From SAR86 cluster bacterium (GTDB taxonomy: Bacteria > Pseudomonadota > Gammaproteobacteria > Magnimaribacterales > D2472): a stretch of DNA of 35,802 bases. A model generated the notes under the pieces. The model saw only the letters and a list, made by a program, of their open reading frames with translations, was not told the origin of the DNA and ran no database searches. Shown in pieces: positions 18,920 to 28,363 of the stretch. The stretch lies in contig QOPE01000003.1 of the NCBI GenBank assembly GCA_003331565.1, positions 1 to 35,802 on the forward strand. Direction: 5' to 3'. Position 1 is the stretch's first letter; each line of letters begins with the position of its first letter. The position numbers were made by a program, and so were the translations under genes.

Positions 18920-19551
18920 AAGATTATCAAATTAACTTTATTAATGAAGCCATTCGTGTAGGCGCATTAGAATTTGGAACGTTCACCTTAAAATCTGGCA
19001 GACAAAGTCCGTATTTTTTTAACGCATCAAAATTACTTTTTGATGCAGATATAAACATCATCATCGAAGGATTTGCTCATAAGTTTTTAGAATTTGGTTC
19101 GGACATCAATCAATTGTTTGGGCCTGCCTACAAAGGTACTATTTTTGGAAGCATGTTAGGCATGCATCTCAAAAAAACCAACCCCTCATTATCACTTTGT
19201 TTTAATAGAAAAGAAATTAAAGATCATGGTGAAGGTGGGATGTTTATTGGTCAAATTCCCTCTGGGAATGTTGTGATAGTTGACGATGTACTTTCAGCAG
19301 GAACTGCCGCCAAGGAATCCATCGATTTAATTTTAGAAAATGATGCGACGCCGTCTGGTATCTTGGTTGGGTTAAATCGCCAGGAAAAAGGTACATCAGC
19401 ACAATCTGCAAGCTTTGAGTTAGAACAAACCTACAACCTTAAAGTCCTCTCTGTAATTTGTCTTGATGATTTAATAAGGTTTCTTAAGCAAGGTGATCAA
19501 GCGGAGTTTATTGATAGTATGGAAAGCTATCGCGATGAGTGGGGAGCCTAG
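18907..19551 (+). CDS. pyrE: Orotate phosphoribosyltransferase
   Basis: FTLKSGR.SPYFFN, FGPAYKG, NRKE.KDHGEGG and [11 protein letters not shown] motifs. Confidence 0.97.
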   Translation: MSQLKDYQINFINEAIRVGALEFGTFTLKSGRQSPYFFNASKLLFDADINIIIEGFAHKFLEFGSDINQLFGPAYKGTIFGSMLGMHLKKTNPSLSLCFNRKEIKDHGEGGMFIGQIPSGNVVIVDDVLSAGTAAKESIDLILENDATPSGILVGLNRQEKGTSAQSASFELEQTYNLKVLSVICLDDLIRFLKQGDQAEFIDSMESYRDEWGA

Positions 19552-20166
19552 ATGTTCACGGGCATTGTAACTGAGCAAGGTGTTGTTTCGTCCGTTAAAT
19601 CGAGTAGGGGCTATAGCTCAATTTCAATCAAATGTTCAAAGAAATTTCTAAAAGGGTTGAAGAAAGGTGCCAGTGTTGCAGTGAATGGAGTTTGTCTGAC
19701 TTCAAAAAAAGGGAGTTCTGAGATTCTCCAGTTTGATGTAATTGATGAAACTCTGTCCTTAACAAACCTTAAGCAGATAAAAAAAGGTACAAAGGTTAAT
19801 TTGGAACGCTCAATGACTGTAAAAACTGAAATTGGAGGCCACTTATTGTCAGGCCATATTCATTGTGAGGGCACGATATCAAAAATAACTAAAGTTTCGA
19901 ATCAAACTAAAGACATGTTAATCACCCTTCCGTCTAAGATGATGAAATATATTTTTTACAAGGGGTACATTGGCATCAATGGATGCAGCTTAACCATTGG
20001 AAAAGTGAATAAAAATTCATTTTTCATTCACTTGATTCCTGAAACATTAAAAATTACAAACCTAGACGAATTATCAGAAAAATCAAAAGTTAATATTGAG
20101 ATCGAGCAGAGTACTTTGATTACGGTTGAAAGCGTTGAGAAAATTATTGCTCAGAAAAAAGTTTAG
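19552..20166 (+). CDS. ribC: Riboflavin synthase alpha chain
   Basis: MFTGIV, SVAVNGVCLT, VNLER, GGHLLSGH, GCSLT and LIPETL motifs. Confidence 0.96.
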   Translation: MFTGIVTEQGVVSSVKSSRGYSSISIKCSKKFLKGLKKGASVAVNGVCLTSKKGSSEILQFDVIDETLSLTNLKQIKKGTKVNLERSMTVKTEIGGHLLSGHIHCEGTISKITKVSNQTKDMLITLPSKMMKYIFYKGYIGINGCSLTIGKVNKNSFFIHLIPETLKITNLDELSEKSKVNIEIEQSTLITVESVEKIIAQKKV

Positions 20167-21049
20167 CTAAAACTGCCATTCTAAGACCAACACCATTTGC
20201 AACTTGATGGGATACTTTGCAATTCTCCAAGTCAGCAATTTCTTTTTCAAACTCGATTCCATAATTAACTGGGCCAGGATGAAAAACCATATAGTCCTTG
20301 GCTGCTAATGCTAATCTTGATTCGGTGAGTTGATATCTCTTTAAATACTCAGAATGTTCAATGCTTAGGGCTTCCTGAATTCTTTCTTTTTGTATTCTTA
20401 GACCCATAATTAAATCAGCATTCTCAATTGCAGAATCTAGATCTTCATGGAAGCTACCATAATCTGCCTCTAAGAAATTAGAACAAAGTTCAGGTAAACC
20501 TGAAAATCTTAAACTGGCACAACCTAATTTTTTAGTAAGCTCAATAAATGAGCGAGCAACCCTTGAGTGATCAAGGTCACCAATGATTGAAATATTTAGT
20601 TTTGATAAATCTTTTTTAAATTCTTTAACGGTGAGTAAATCTGAAAGTGCTTGAGTTGGATGCGAAGTAATACCTGCTCCAGCATTGATAAAACTTAGAT
20701 TTGGAAACTTTGAAGCAAGGTCATAAATTACATTGTCAGGATGTCTGATAATAAACAGCTCTATCCCCATTAATGCAAGGGTTTCGATAGTGTTCTCTAA
20801 CGATTCACCTTTAGTTATTGAAGAAGAATCTGGATGAATATCAATATATTGTGCGCCTAAATTTAATAACGCAATCTCAAAAGAGGATTTTGTCCTAGTG
20901 CTAGGTTCAAAAAAAAGAATTCCTACCTTCTTATCACCGTAAATAGGTTCTTGGTTGAATCCACCTATGTCTGATCTAAATTGGGAAGCAAGCGAAATAA
21001 TATCTTCTATTTCTTTTATATTTAAAGACTCAATATCAATTAAATTCAT
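20144..21049 (-). CDS. pyrB: Aspartate carbamoyltransferase catalytic subunit
   Basis: FFEPSTRT, KGESL, HPTQAL, GDL.HSRVARS, LRIQKER and HPGP motifs. Confidence 0.96.
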   Translation of the reverse strand: MNLIDIESLNIKEIEDIISLASQFRSDIGGFNQEPIYGDKKVGILFFEPSTRTKSSFEIALLNLGAQYIDIHPDSSSITKGESLENTIETLALMGIELFIIRHPDNVIYDLASKFPNLSFINAGAGITSHPTQALSDLLTVKEFKKDLSKLNISIIGDLDHSRVARSFIELTKKLGCASLRFSGLPELCSNFLEADYGSFHEDLDSAIENADLIMGLRIQKERIQEALSIEHSEYLKRYQLTESRLALAAKDYMVFHPGPVNYGIEFEKEIADLENCKVSHQVANGVGLRMAVLAKLFSEQ

Positions 21050-21050
21050 G

Positions 21051-21437
21051 TTAATTCGGTATTACTAAAATGGCATCAATTTCTATTTCTGCATCAAGAG
21101 GTAGTTTTGCAGTCTGAATGGTTACTCGAGCTGGATATGGTGCATTCATCCTGGCTTCCATAATCGAATTTACCTCACCAAATTTTGATAAGTCTGATAA
21201 GTAAATTGTTAGCTTAACTGCATGATTGAGATCTGAATCCGCTGCCGCAGCGATTGCTGTTAGGTTGTCGAATACTTTATTAACTTGATCTGAAAATGAT
21301 GAATCAACTAATTTTCCAGAGGCATTATCAAGAGGAATTTGTCCAGATATGTAAACTGTATTCCCTGCTTTTACAGCTTGATTGTATGGCCCAATTGCAG
21401 AAGGTGCATTTTCTGTTTTAATAATTTGTTTTTTCAT
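21051..21437 (-). CDS. ridA: RidA family enamine/imine deaminase (YjgF/YER057c/UK114)
   Basis: AP.AIGPY.QA, SGQIPLD, YPAR and EIDA motifs; start reassigned to ATG 21437. Confidence 0.92.
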   Translation of the reverse strand: MKKQIIKTENAPSAIGPYNQAVKAGNTVYISGQIPLDNASGKLVDSSFSDQVNKVFDNLTAIAAAADSDLNHAVKLTIYLSDLSKFGEVNSIMEARMNAPYPARVTIQTAKLPLDAEIEIDAILVIPN

Positions 21438-23631
21438 TTTTGCTCTTTGCATCGTTGATGATCCTTACACAACTATTAACAAATTTCTTTGATCTAATTT
21501 TTTTCATCAAAGCCTGAAGATGCTGTAAATTGAGAACATCACCCTCAAACATGAACTCAGTAAATTTAGTATCAAGATCCCTAGTTCTGGCATTGGATAT
21601 GTTTATATTCAATTTTGCAAAGACTGAAGCTAAATCCGCCAAGCTGCCAGGACGATCTTCACCAACTATCTTAATGTGTGCTCGATAGTACCTCTCTTGC
21701 CGGTTATCTCCCCAAATGGCTGAAAAGAACCTTGAGGCATCATCTCGATTTTTTGAAAGCTGTTTGCATCTTGAATGATGAATCACAATTCCTCTGTCAG
21801 TATCTGTATGAGCTTTAATAGGATCTCCATATACGGGCATGCAACACTTAGCATAAACAACGGTAACGCCCTCAATATTGTGATCTTCAAGTATTAATGA
21901 CCCAGAAACTTTATTTTTTGAGCCCTTAGCCTGAATTTCTTCAAAAAATTTCTCAGCAACTATTGCGCCTGTTTTTCTTCCCAATCCAAGATCAGTTAAA
22001 AGATTATTTAATGAGTCAACGCTGAGCAGCTTAAGGACTCCTTGTAATCTGCTGCCGCGATAGTCTTCAAGACTTAGTCCGCTTCTTGCAAGTTCAGATT
22101 CAAGCATTACTTTACCGGCTTTCCTTGCTTGAGATATTTTTTGCTGTCTCAAACTCGATCGAATGGCACTTCTGGCTTTGCTTGTAGTAACAAAGTTAAG
22201 CCATGCAGGACTTGGCTCAGCATCTTCAGAAACCTCAATCTCTATGCTCTGCCCGCTTTCTAATTGAATATTCAACGGAGCATACTTTCTGTTAACTTTA
22301 CATCTAACAGTTTTATTACCAATATCTGTGTGTAGCTCATAGGCAAAGTCAATTGGGGTTGCGCCATTTTTTAGATTAAGAATATCTCCATCGGGGGTAA
22401 ATACATATACTTCATTATTAAAGAGATCAGATTTTATTGTTTCAAAAAACTCATTTGAGTTTTCGGCTTCTTTATCATAATCAATTATGCTTTTGAGCCA
22501 TTTACGAGCTCCGAGACTCTCTGAGGCATCGGATTTCTCTGTTTTATATGCCCAATGTGCAGCAACACCATTTTCTGCAATCTCAACCATATTTTTTGTT
22601 TGGATCTGAACTTCAATTGGAATGCCCTCAAGGGCAATAAGGGTTGTATGTAACGCTTGATACCCATTGCTTTTTGGAATGGCCACATAATCTTTAAAAC
22701 GGTTTTCAATGGGTTTATAAAAATTATGCACAATGCCCAAACTCCTGTAGGCATCATCAACAGAATTAACAATTATTCGAAATGCAAAAACATCTAGAAT
22801 TTCGTTAAACGGTCGTTTGCGATATTTAATTTTTCTGTAGAGACTAAAAAGACTTTTTTGCCTACCTTTTACAGTTGCTTGCACTCCATTATCTTTTAAT
22901 TTTTTTTTAATTTCCTTTTTAAGTTTGTAAACAATTCTTTCGCGGCCCCTTTTTGCATTTTTGATTGCTGATTTGAGGAGTCTTGATCTCATTGGATGCA
23001 AGCATTTAAAAGCTCTATCTTCGAGCTCTTCTCTAAGATTTTGCATTCCTATTCTGATGGCTATGGGTCCATAAACATCTAGTGTCTCGATGCATTTTTG
23101 AATTTGCTTATCTCTTGGCAGAAAATCAATTGTTCTCATGTTGTGCAATCGATCGCATAACTTAACTAAGATCACTCGTATGTCTTTAGACATAGCTAAT
23201 GCCATTTTTTGAAAACTACCTGCATTCCTCTCAGCAATATTTTTAAAATCCATTTTGTTAAGTTTGCTTACACCATCGATAATGCTGACTACATCCTTAC
23301 CGAACATTTTCTCTAAAGTGGTTTTTTGGACATCGCAATCCTCTAAGACATCATGCATGAAGCCGGCACATACAGATTCAAGATCAACTTTTAGGTCCAA
23401 CAAGATAGAAGCTACTTCAACAGGATGAGAAATATAAGGAGATCCGTCTCTTCTGAGCTGACCATCATGGGCCTCGAGCGCAACACAATAAGCTAAATTG
23501 ATTTTTTTAACTTCTTTTTTATCAAAATATGAAGAAGCTTTTTTAAATATGTCCTGCGGAAGTCTTACTAGATTTGATTGATCTGGATTATTAAGAACTG
23601 AAAGGTTGGTGGCTGCTAATTGATCGCTCAA
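21418..23631 (-). CDS. spoT: (p)ppGpp hydrolase/synthetase SpoT
   Basis: HDVLED hydrolase motif, DRLHNMRT, RFKD, TGS domain (VYVFTP, TPIDFAY), AKCC.P and C-terminal ACT; follows rpoZ; TTG start with GGAG SD. Confidence 0.96.
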   Translation of the reverse strand: MSDQLAATNLSVLNNPDQSNLVRLPQDIFKKASSYFDKKEVKKINLAYCVALEAHDGQLRRDGSPYISHPVEVASILLDLKVDLESVCAGFMHDVLEDCDVQKTTLEKMFGKDVVSIIDGVSKLNKMDFKNIAERNAGSFQKMALAMSKDIRVILVKLCDRLHNMRTIDFLPRDKQIQKCIETLDVYGPIAIRIGMQNLREELEDRAFKCLHPMRSRLLKSAIKNAKRGRERIVYKLKKEIKKKLKDNGVQATVKGRQKSLFSLYRKIKYRKRPFNEILDVFAFRIIVNSVDDAYRSLGIVHNFYKPIENRFKDYVAIPKSNGYQALHTTLIALEGIPIEVQIQTKNMVEIAENGVAAHWAYKTEKSDASESLGARKWLKSIIDYDKEAENSNEFFETIKSDLFNNEVYVFTPDGDILNLKNGATPIDFAYELHTDIGNKTVRCKVNRKYAPLNIQLESGQSIEIEVSEDAEPSPAWLNFVTTSKARSAIRSSLRQQKISQARKAGKVMLESELARSGLSLEDYRGSRLQGVLKLLSVDSLNNLLTDLGLGRKTGAIVAEKFFEEIQAKGSKNKVSGSLILEDHNIEGVTVVYAKCCMPVYGDPIKAHTDTDRGIVIHHSRCKQLSKNRDDASRFFSAIWGDNRQERYYRAHIKIVGEDRPGSLADLASVFAKLNINISNARTRDLDTKFTEFMFEGDVLNLQHLQALMKKIRSKKFVNSCVRIINDAKSKNEKTNY

Positions 23632-23654
23632 TTAATACTCCGAGGGTTTTTTCA

Positions 23655-23927
23655 TTACCCCACTATATCATCCTTTGGTTTCTGCCTGTCTAAAGAGAAT
23701 TCATCAAGCAGCATATCTTCTTCAAGTGTTTTTTCTAAGATTTCATTATTGATTAACCCTTCTTCGATTTCTCTTAAAGCGACGATAGTAGGCTTATCAT
23801 CTTCCCACTCGACCAGAGGTTCTCGACTAGTTGTAGAGAGTTGTCTTGCACGACCAGAGGCCAATAGAATTAATTCAAATCTACTGTGTACTTTGTCTAA
23901 ACATCCTTCAACTGTAATTCTAGCCAT
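23655..23927 (-). CDS. rpoZ: RNA polymerase omega subunit
   Basis: MARITVE.CL, RFEL.L.AS.RARQL and DKPT..ALREI motifs. Confidence 0.97.
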   Translation of the reverse strand: MARITVEGCLDKVHSRFELILLASGRARQLSTTSREPLVEWEDDKPTIVALREIEEGLINNEILEKTLEEDMLLDEFSLDRQKPKDDIVG

Positions 23928-23957
23928 AATTAACCTCGGAGGCGTATTTTAGTGTTT

Positions 23958-24578
23958 TTATGTTAATGAATTCAATAGTTTAGTTAAAAACAATTCTTTT
24001 TTTGAATTCATTGGATAACTGTCTTCCCCAGTGATTATTCTTGCAAGATCATTGCAACAATCCTCAAAAACATCATTGACCAAGATATGATCATAGTCTT
24101 TGCAACTGGGTATTTCTCTCATTGCATTTGAAAGTCTTAACTCAATGCTTTCCTTGGAATTTGTGCCTCTCTCATTCAGCCTTTTAGTTAAAGAATCAAT
24201 ACTTGGCGGTAACAAAAAAATAGATTCATGAGGAAAGTTGGTTGACTTAATTTGCTGAACGCCTTGGACATCTATCTCAAGGATGATATTTATCCCTTCA
24301 GCAATCTTTGTTTCTACAAAATCTATTGAGGTGCCATAAAAATTTCCATGAACTAATGCGTGCTCTAAAAAGAAATTATTGCTTACTTTATTTTTAAAAT
24401 CATCTTCGCTAGTAAAAATATAATAATCTTGACTGCCGCCCCTTTTTTTTCGGGTTGTATGAGAGATTGAAAGCTCTACATTAAAATTTTTAGAATTTAG
24501 ATTATCCAAGACTGCATTTATCAATGAAGACTTCCCTGTTCCTGAGGCTGCAGATATAAGAAAGAGTTTGGCTTTCAT
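23958..24578 (-). CDS. gmk: Guanylate kinase
   Basis: SGTGKSS P-loop, SHTTR, FLEHA.VHGNFYGT, LEIDVQG and PPS...L..RL..RG motifs. Confidence 0.95.
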   Translation of the reverse strand: MKAKLFLISAASGTGKSSLINAVLDNLNSKNFNVELSISHTTRKKRGGSQDYYIFTSEDDFKNKVSNNFFLEHALVHGNFYGTSIDFVETKIAEGINIILEIDVQGVQQIKSTNFPHESIFLLPPSIDSLTKRLNERGTNSKESIELRLSNAMREIPSCKDYDHILVNDVFEDCCNDLARIITGEDSYPMNSKKELFLTKLLNSLT

Positions 24579-25423
24579 TGAATGTTTTGTGATTGTTCTC
24601 TTAGTTCCTCAACAACAATTTTTAAATTTATTGCAAGCTTCTTTGCTTTAGAATTATCAAGCTTAACTGATAAAGTATTTGCTTCTCTAAATAATTCTTG
24701 CAGCATAAAATCAATTTTTTTTCCATGAGGGCCATTTGATTTAAGAATCTTATTTATTTCTTTAATATGAAAGCCAATTCTATCTAACTCCTCAGAAACA
24801 TCTTGTTTCATAATCTGCAAAGCAATCTCTTTTTCAATTTCCTCACTAGGATTATCTAAAAAATGATTAAGCCTTTCTTTAACATTTTTCTTTCTTTGCT
24901 TATTTATTGAGGGGATCATTTTTCGGAGTGAGGCTTCTATTGAAAGAATATTTTTAATTTTAATATTCAAAACTTTTAATATTTTATTTCCTTCACTCAA
25001 TCTAGAGTGTTTTAAGTCATCTATGGCTTTATTTATAACTTTTATTAAGTGCGCGTCACTAATGGCAGAATCTTCAGACAATAAAACAGCACCAGGAAAA
25101 TTTTTAATATCACTAAATTTAAGAGTATCGGTTTCAAGATGCTTTGACTTTTGAATTTCCTTGTTAAGCTGCGCTAGCACATCATTATTTAGGGAAAGCT
25201 TTGAGTTACTACCTCCAAGAACATTTAACCTAACATCAAATTGTCCTCTTCTAAAAACAGATTTAAGTTTTTGATTGAGATGCTCTTCTACTGAAAAGGA
25301 TTGTTGAGCTGACCTAAAATGAATATCAATAAATTTACTGTTGACTGATTTTATCTCACAAGATACTTCAAAATTTTTATTACTTAGTTTCGAAAAACCG
25401 AAGCCGGTCATGCTCTGTATCAT
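24575..25423 (-). CDS. yicC: YicC/YloC family endoribonuclease
   Basis: SMTGFG, EIKSVN, RG, DVSEELDR, GKK.DF..QE..REANT and EELREQ.QN motifs. Confidence 0.92.
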   Translation of the reverse strand: MIQSMTGFGFSKLSNKNFEVSCEIKSVNSKFIDIHFRSAQQSFSVEEHLNQKLKSVFRRGQFDVRLNVLGGSNSKLSLNNDVLAQLNKEIQKSKHLETDTLKFSDIKNFPGAVLLSEDSAISDAHLIKVINKAIDDLKHSRLSEGNKILKVLNIKIKNILSIEASLRKMIPSINKQRKKNVKERLNHFLDNPSEEIEKEIALQIMKQDVSEELDRIGFHIKEINKILKSNGPHGKKIDFMLQELFREANTLSVKLDNSKAKKLAINLKIVVEELREQSQNIQ

Positions 25424-25441
25424 AGATTGATATTATATATT

Positions 25442-26221
25442 TTATCCATCAAGCAATTTACTCTTTAATAAATTTGATATGTCTAATTGCTTACCGGGAT
25501 TATCTATACGAAAAAAATCATCGAAGTTTTTTTCGGGGAAGAGCATTTTAAATCGTTCTTGAGCAAGCACCGTTGGTTCGCTCACATTAAGCAGCAATAA
25601 ATCTGTTTTGTTGATACAAAAATTCATAATTATTCTGGCTGCCTGATCCCTACTAAGCCGATTAAGATTTGCACTTATTGGAATTAGTTTATTCTGAAAC
25701 TCATCTACTTGTTTATAAAGAATCTTATCCTTCATTTCGGGATCATATAAACCAGAAAATCTAAAGATTGTCTTTTGCAATGAATTGATTCCTTTTGAAT
25801 AGATCGCTTCGCTTTCTAAAAGGCTTTTGGCTCTAAAATCTTCTGAATTAACATTGCTAAGCTCAGTAATTGGCTCTTCTGAGTCTTTATAAACTCGTGT
25901 GGATGAAATTAATAATGACTTTTTAAATGATGTATTTTTTACTAAATTAGAAATGAGCTTCATGCCCTCCTCATAACCTTTTTCATAGCCCGCCTCATCA
26001 AATGATGTTGGGGTTAATGTGATGACAAGACAGTCATAGTTTTTAAGAAGGTTAACTTTTTGAGCAGAATTTTTAAACCAATCTAAGGAGTGGTATTGAT
26101 CAGGGATAATTGTGGGTTTGAGTGATCGAGAAATGCCTGTTATCACAAGATCGTCCTGACCAATCGAAGCTAGACGAGAACCCAAATCTCCATACCCAAT
26201 AAATAAAATATTCTTTTTCAT
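25442..26221 (-). CDS. Atypical SDR / NAD-dependent epimerase (YeeZ-like)
   Basis: IGYGDLG, ISSTRVY, E.S, LLESE and RFSGLY motifs. Confidence 0.75.
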   Translation of the reverse strand: MKKNILFIGYGDLGSRLASIGQDDLVITGISRSLKPTIIPDQYHSLDWFKNSAQKVNLLKNYDCLVITLTPTSFDEAGYEKGYEEGMKLISNLVKNTSFKKSLLISSTRVYKDSEEPITELSNVNSEDFRAKSLLESEAIYSKGINSLQKTIFRFSGLYDPEMKDKILYKQVDEFQNKLIPISANLNRLSRDQAARIIMNFCINKTDLLLLNVSEPTVLAQERFKMLFPEKNFDDFFRIDNPGKQLDISNLLKSKLLDG

Positions 26222-26258
26222 TCTTTTAAAGTGCTTATATTAAAAGTATTATCCAGTT

Positions 26259-28319
26259 GTGGCTAATTCAGAGTTACAAAAGCTAAATGGTGTTGGCGCT
26301 GCAACGATTTCTCAACTTAATAGTTTAGGCCTTTTCACAATTCAAGACCTATGTTTCCATTTGCCAAACACATATCAAAATAAGACAAAGGTTACACCTA
26401 TTTCAAATCTTGATGTTGGAGAGGAAGCATTAATAGAAGGAGAAGTTGTTTCAGTGCAAGCAATTTATCGGCCTAGAAAAATGTTAGTTGCAAAAATTAG
26501 TGATGGTTATTCTTATCTCAATCTTAGGTTATTTTATTTTCATCCAAATCAAACACGTCAATTTCAAAAAGGCTTTAGCATTAGATGTTATGGCAAAACC
26601 TCGTTAAGTAAATATGGTTTAGAAATGATTCATCCCGATTATGAAATAAATCAAAAATTATCACCGCTTCAAAAAACACTCAATCCAACATACCGAATAT
26701 GCAAAGGGATAAGTCAGAATAAAATAAAAAAATTTATCCAAGAAGCCATTAAGGTTTACGACTTTGAAGATGAAGCAATTAATTTAAAGCATTATGGTGA
26801 TGATAACGCCTTGTCCATAAAGGATGCCTTAGAAATCATTCATAATCCAAGTGCTGATATTCCTATCGATGATCTGATTCCAGGAGGAACGCATCCTGCA
26901 AGAGTTAAATTGCTTAAAGAAGAATTAATTGCATTTCAAACCGGAATGGTTTCTTTAAGATCCAAAATGAAAACAAGTAAAGCAGAGCCCTGCATTGAAA
27001 GAGGTAGTTGGTGCAAGGACTTTCTATCGATGTTTCCATACGAGTTAACCACTGCTCAGTCCAGAGTTGAAAGCGAAATAAATAAAGACCTTATTAAATC
27101 TGAGCCCATGATGAGATTGGTGCAAGGTGATGTTGGTTCAGGAAAAACTGCGGTTGCAGTTCTTGCAGCAACAAAAGCGTTAGATTCAAATTTTCAAGCT
27201 GCATTTATGGCGCCAACCACTCTGCTTGCCCAACAACACTTCGAAAATATAAAAAAATTTTTTCCAAATCATATCGATGAAATTGAACTGCTGACGAGTG
27301 GTCTTACTAAGAGCGTCAGAAAAAAAATCCTTGAGAAAATTAAAGCAGGAAAAATTAAGTTTATTGTTGGCACGCATGCAATTTTTCAGGCAGATGTTGA
27401 GTATTGCAATCTTGCATTGGCAATAATTGATGAGCAGCATCGTTTTGGTGTTAACCAGAGACTTGCTCTGATTAAAAAAACAGAAAATCAAAATATCCAT
27501 CCCCATCAACTTACCTTAACAGCAACCCCAATACCAAGAACTTTATCGATGAGCATTTATGCCAACATGGATGTTTCAGTTATTGATGAAATGCCGCCAG
27601 GTAGACAGCCAATCATTACTTCGATGCTGTCAATGCAATCTAAAGAAAATCTTATATCTAGAACGAGGGAGGCAATAACTAAAAATAGTCTGATTTACTG
27701 GATATGTCCTCTGGTTGAAGAATCTGAAACATTGGACTTAAGTTCAGTGACTCAAACCCATGAAACCTTATGCGATGAATTCGGTGAGGATAAAGTTGGT
27801 TTAGTGCACGGCAAGCTTTCAAAAGATTCAAAAAATGAAGAGATTGATAAATTTAGAGATGGAAAAACAAAAATTCTTGTTTCAACAACAGTGATTGAAG
27901 TTGGGGTTGACGTTCCTGATGCCGACATAATGATCATTGAGAATGCAGAGCGGTTCGGTCTTGCGCAATTGCATCAGCTTAGAGGAAGAGTTGGTAGAGG
28001 GTCAAAGCAAAGTTATTGCATTTTGCTGCATAAAGATAAACTTAATGAAGTTTCCTCAGAGAGGTTAGATGTACTTTGCCAAACACAGGATGGTTTTAAG
28101 ATTGCAGAAAAAGATCTTGAAATCAGGGGACCAGGTGAAATTATGGGCGCACAACAAACCGGAATAGTTCCCTTTAAATATGCCAATCTGATCAGGGATA
28201 GCAGGTATCTTGAAGAAACAAAGTTAATTGCTGAAAAAATCTTTAATGAGGATAGGCAGCTTGCAAACAAGCTAATCAAAAGATGGGTTTCTGGATCAAT
28301 GGCCTATGCTGATGCATAA
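26259..28319 (+). CDS. recG: ATP-dependent DNA helicase RecG
   Basis: QGDVGSGKT, DEQHRFG, TATPIPRT, TTVIEVGVDVP, QLRGRVGRG and DLEIRGPGE motifs; GTG start. Confidence 0.98.
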   Translation: MANSELQKLNGVGAATISQLNSLGLFTIQDLCFHLPNTYQNKTKVTPISNLDVGEEALIEGEVVSVQAIYRPRKMLVAKISDGYSYLNLRLFYFHPNQTRQFQKGFSIRCYGKTSLSKYGLEMIHPDYEINQKLSPLQKTLNPTYRICKGISQNKIKKFIQEAIKVYDFEDEAINLKHYGDDNALSIKDALEIIHNPSADIPIDDLIPGGTHPARVKLLKEELIAFQTGMVSLRSKMKTSKAEPCIERGSWCKDFLSMFPYELTTAQSRVESEINKDLIKSEPMMRLVQGDVGSGKTAVAVLAATKALDSNFQAAFMAPTTLLAQQHFENIKKFFPNHIDEIELLTSGLTKSVRKKILEKIKAGKIKFIVGTHAIFQADVEYCNLALAIIDEQHRFGVNQRLALIKKTENQNIHPHQLTLTATPIPRTLSMSIYANMDVSVIDEMPPGRQPIITSMLSMQSKENLISRTREAITKNSLIYWICPLVEESETLDLSSVTQTHETLCDEFGEDKVGLVHGKLSKDSKNEEIDKFRDGKTKILVSTTVIEVGVDVPDADIMIIENAERFGLAQLHQLRGRVGRGSKQSYCILLHKDKLNEVSSERLDVLCQTQDGFKIAEKDLEIRGPGEIMGAQQTGIVPFKYANLIRDSRYLEETKLIAEKIFNEDRQLANKLIKRWVSGSMAYADA

Positions 28320-28354
28320 AAAATCCCAGCCAAAGCTGGGATCTTAAATTTTTT
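28318..28354. terminator. Intrinsic terminator between convergent recG and hppA (strongest on the - strand)
   Basis: Stem ATCCCAGC (28323-28330), loop CAAA, GCTGGGAT (28335-28342); A-run on the left (U-tail for - transcripts) and a T-rich run on the right. Confidence 0.8.
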
Positions 28355-28363
28355 AGGCTTCCT

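Noticed and set aside
22485-23952. ORFs 22485-22772 (-) and 23620-23952 (+)
   Set aside because: Lie within spoT or antisense to rpoZ; Ser-rich antisense composition and no motifs.
27186-28279. Three antisense ORFs within recG
   Set aside because: Shadow ORFs of a conserved helicase gene.
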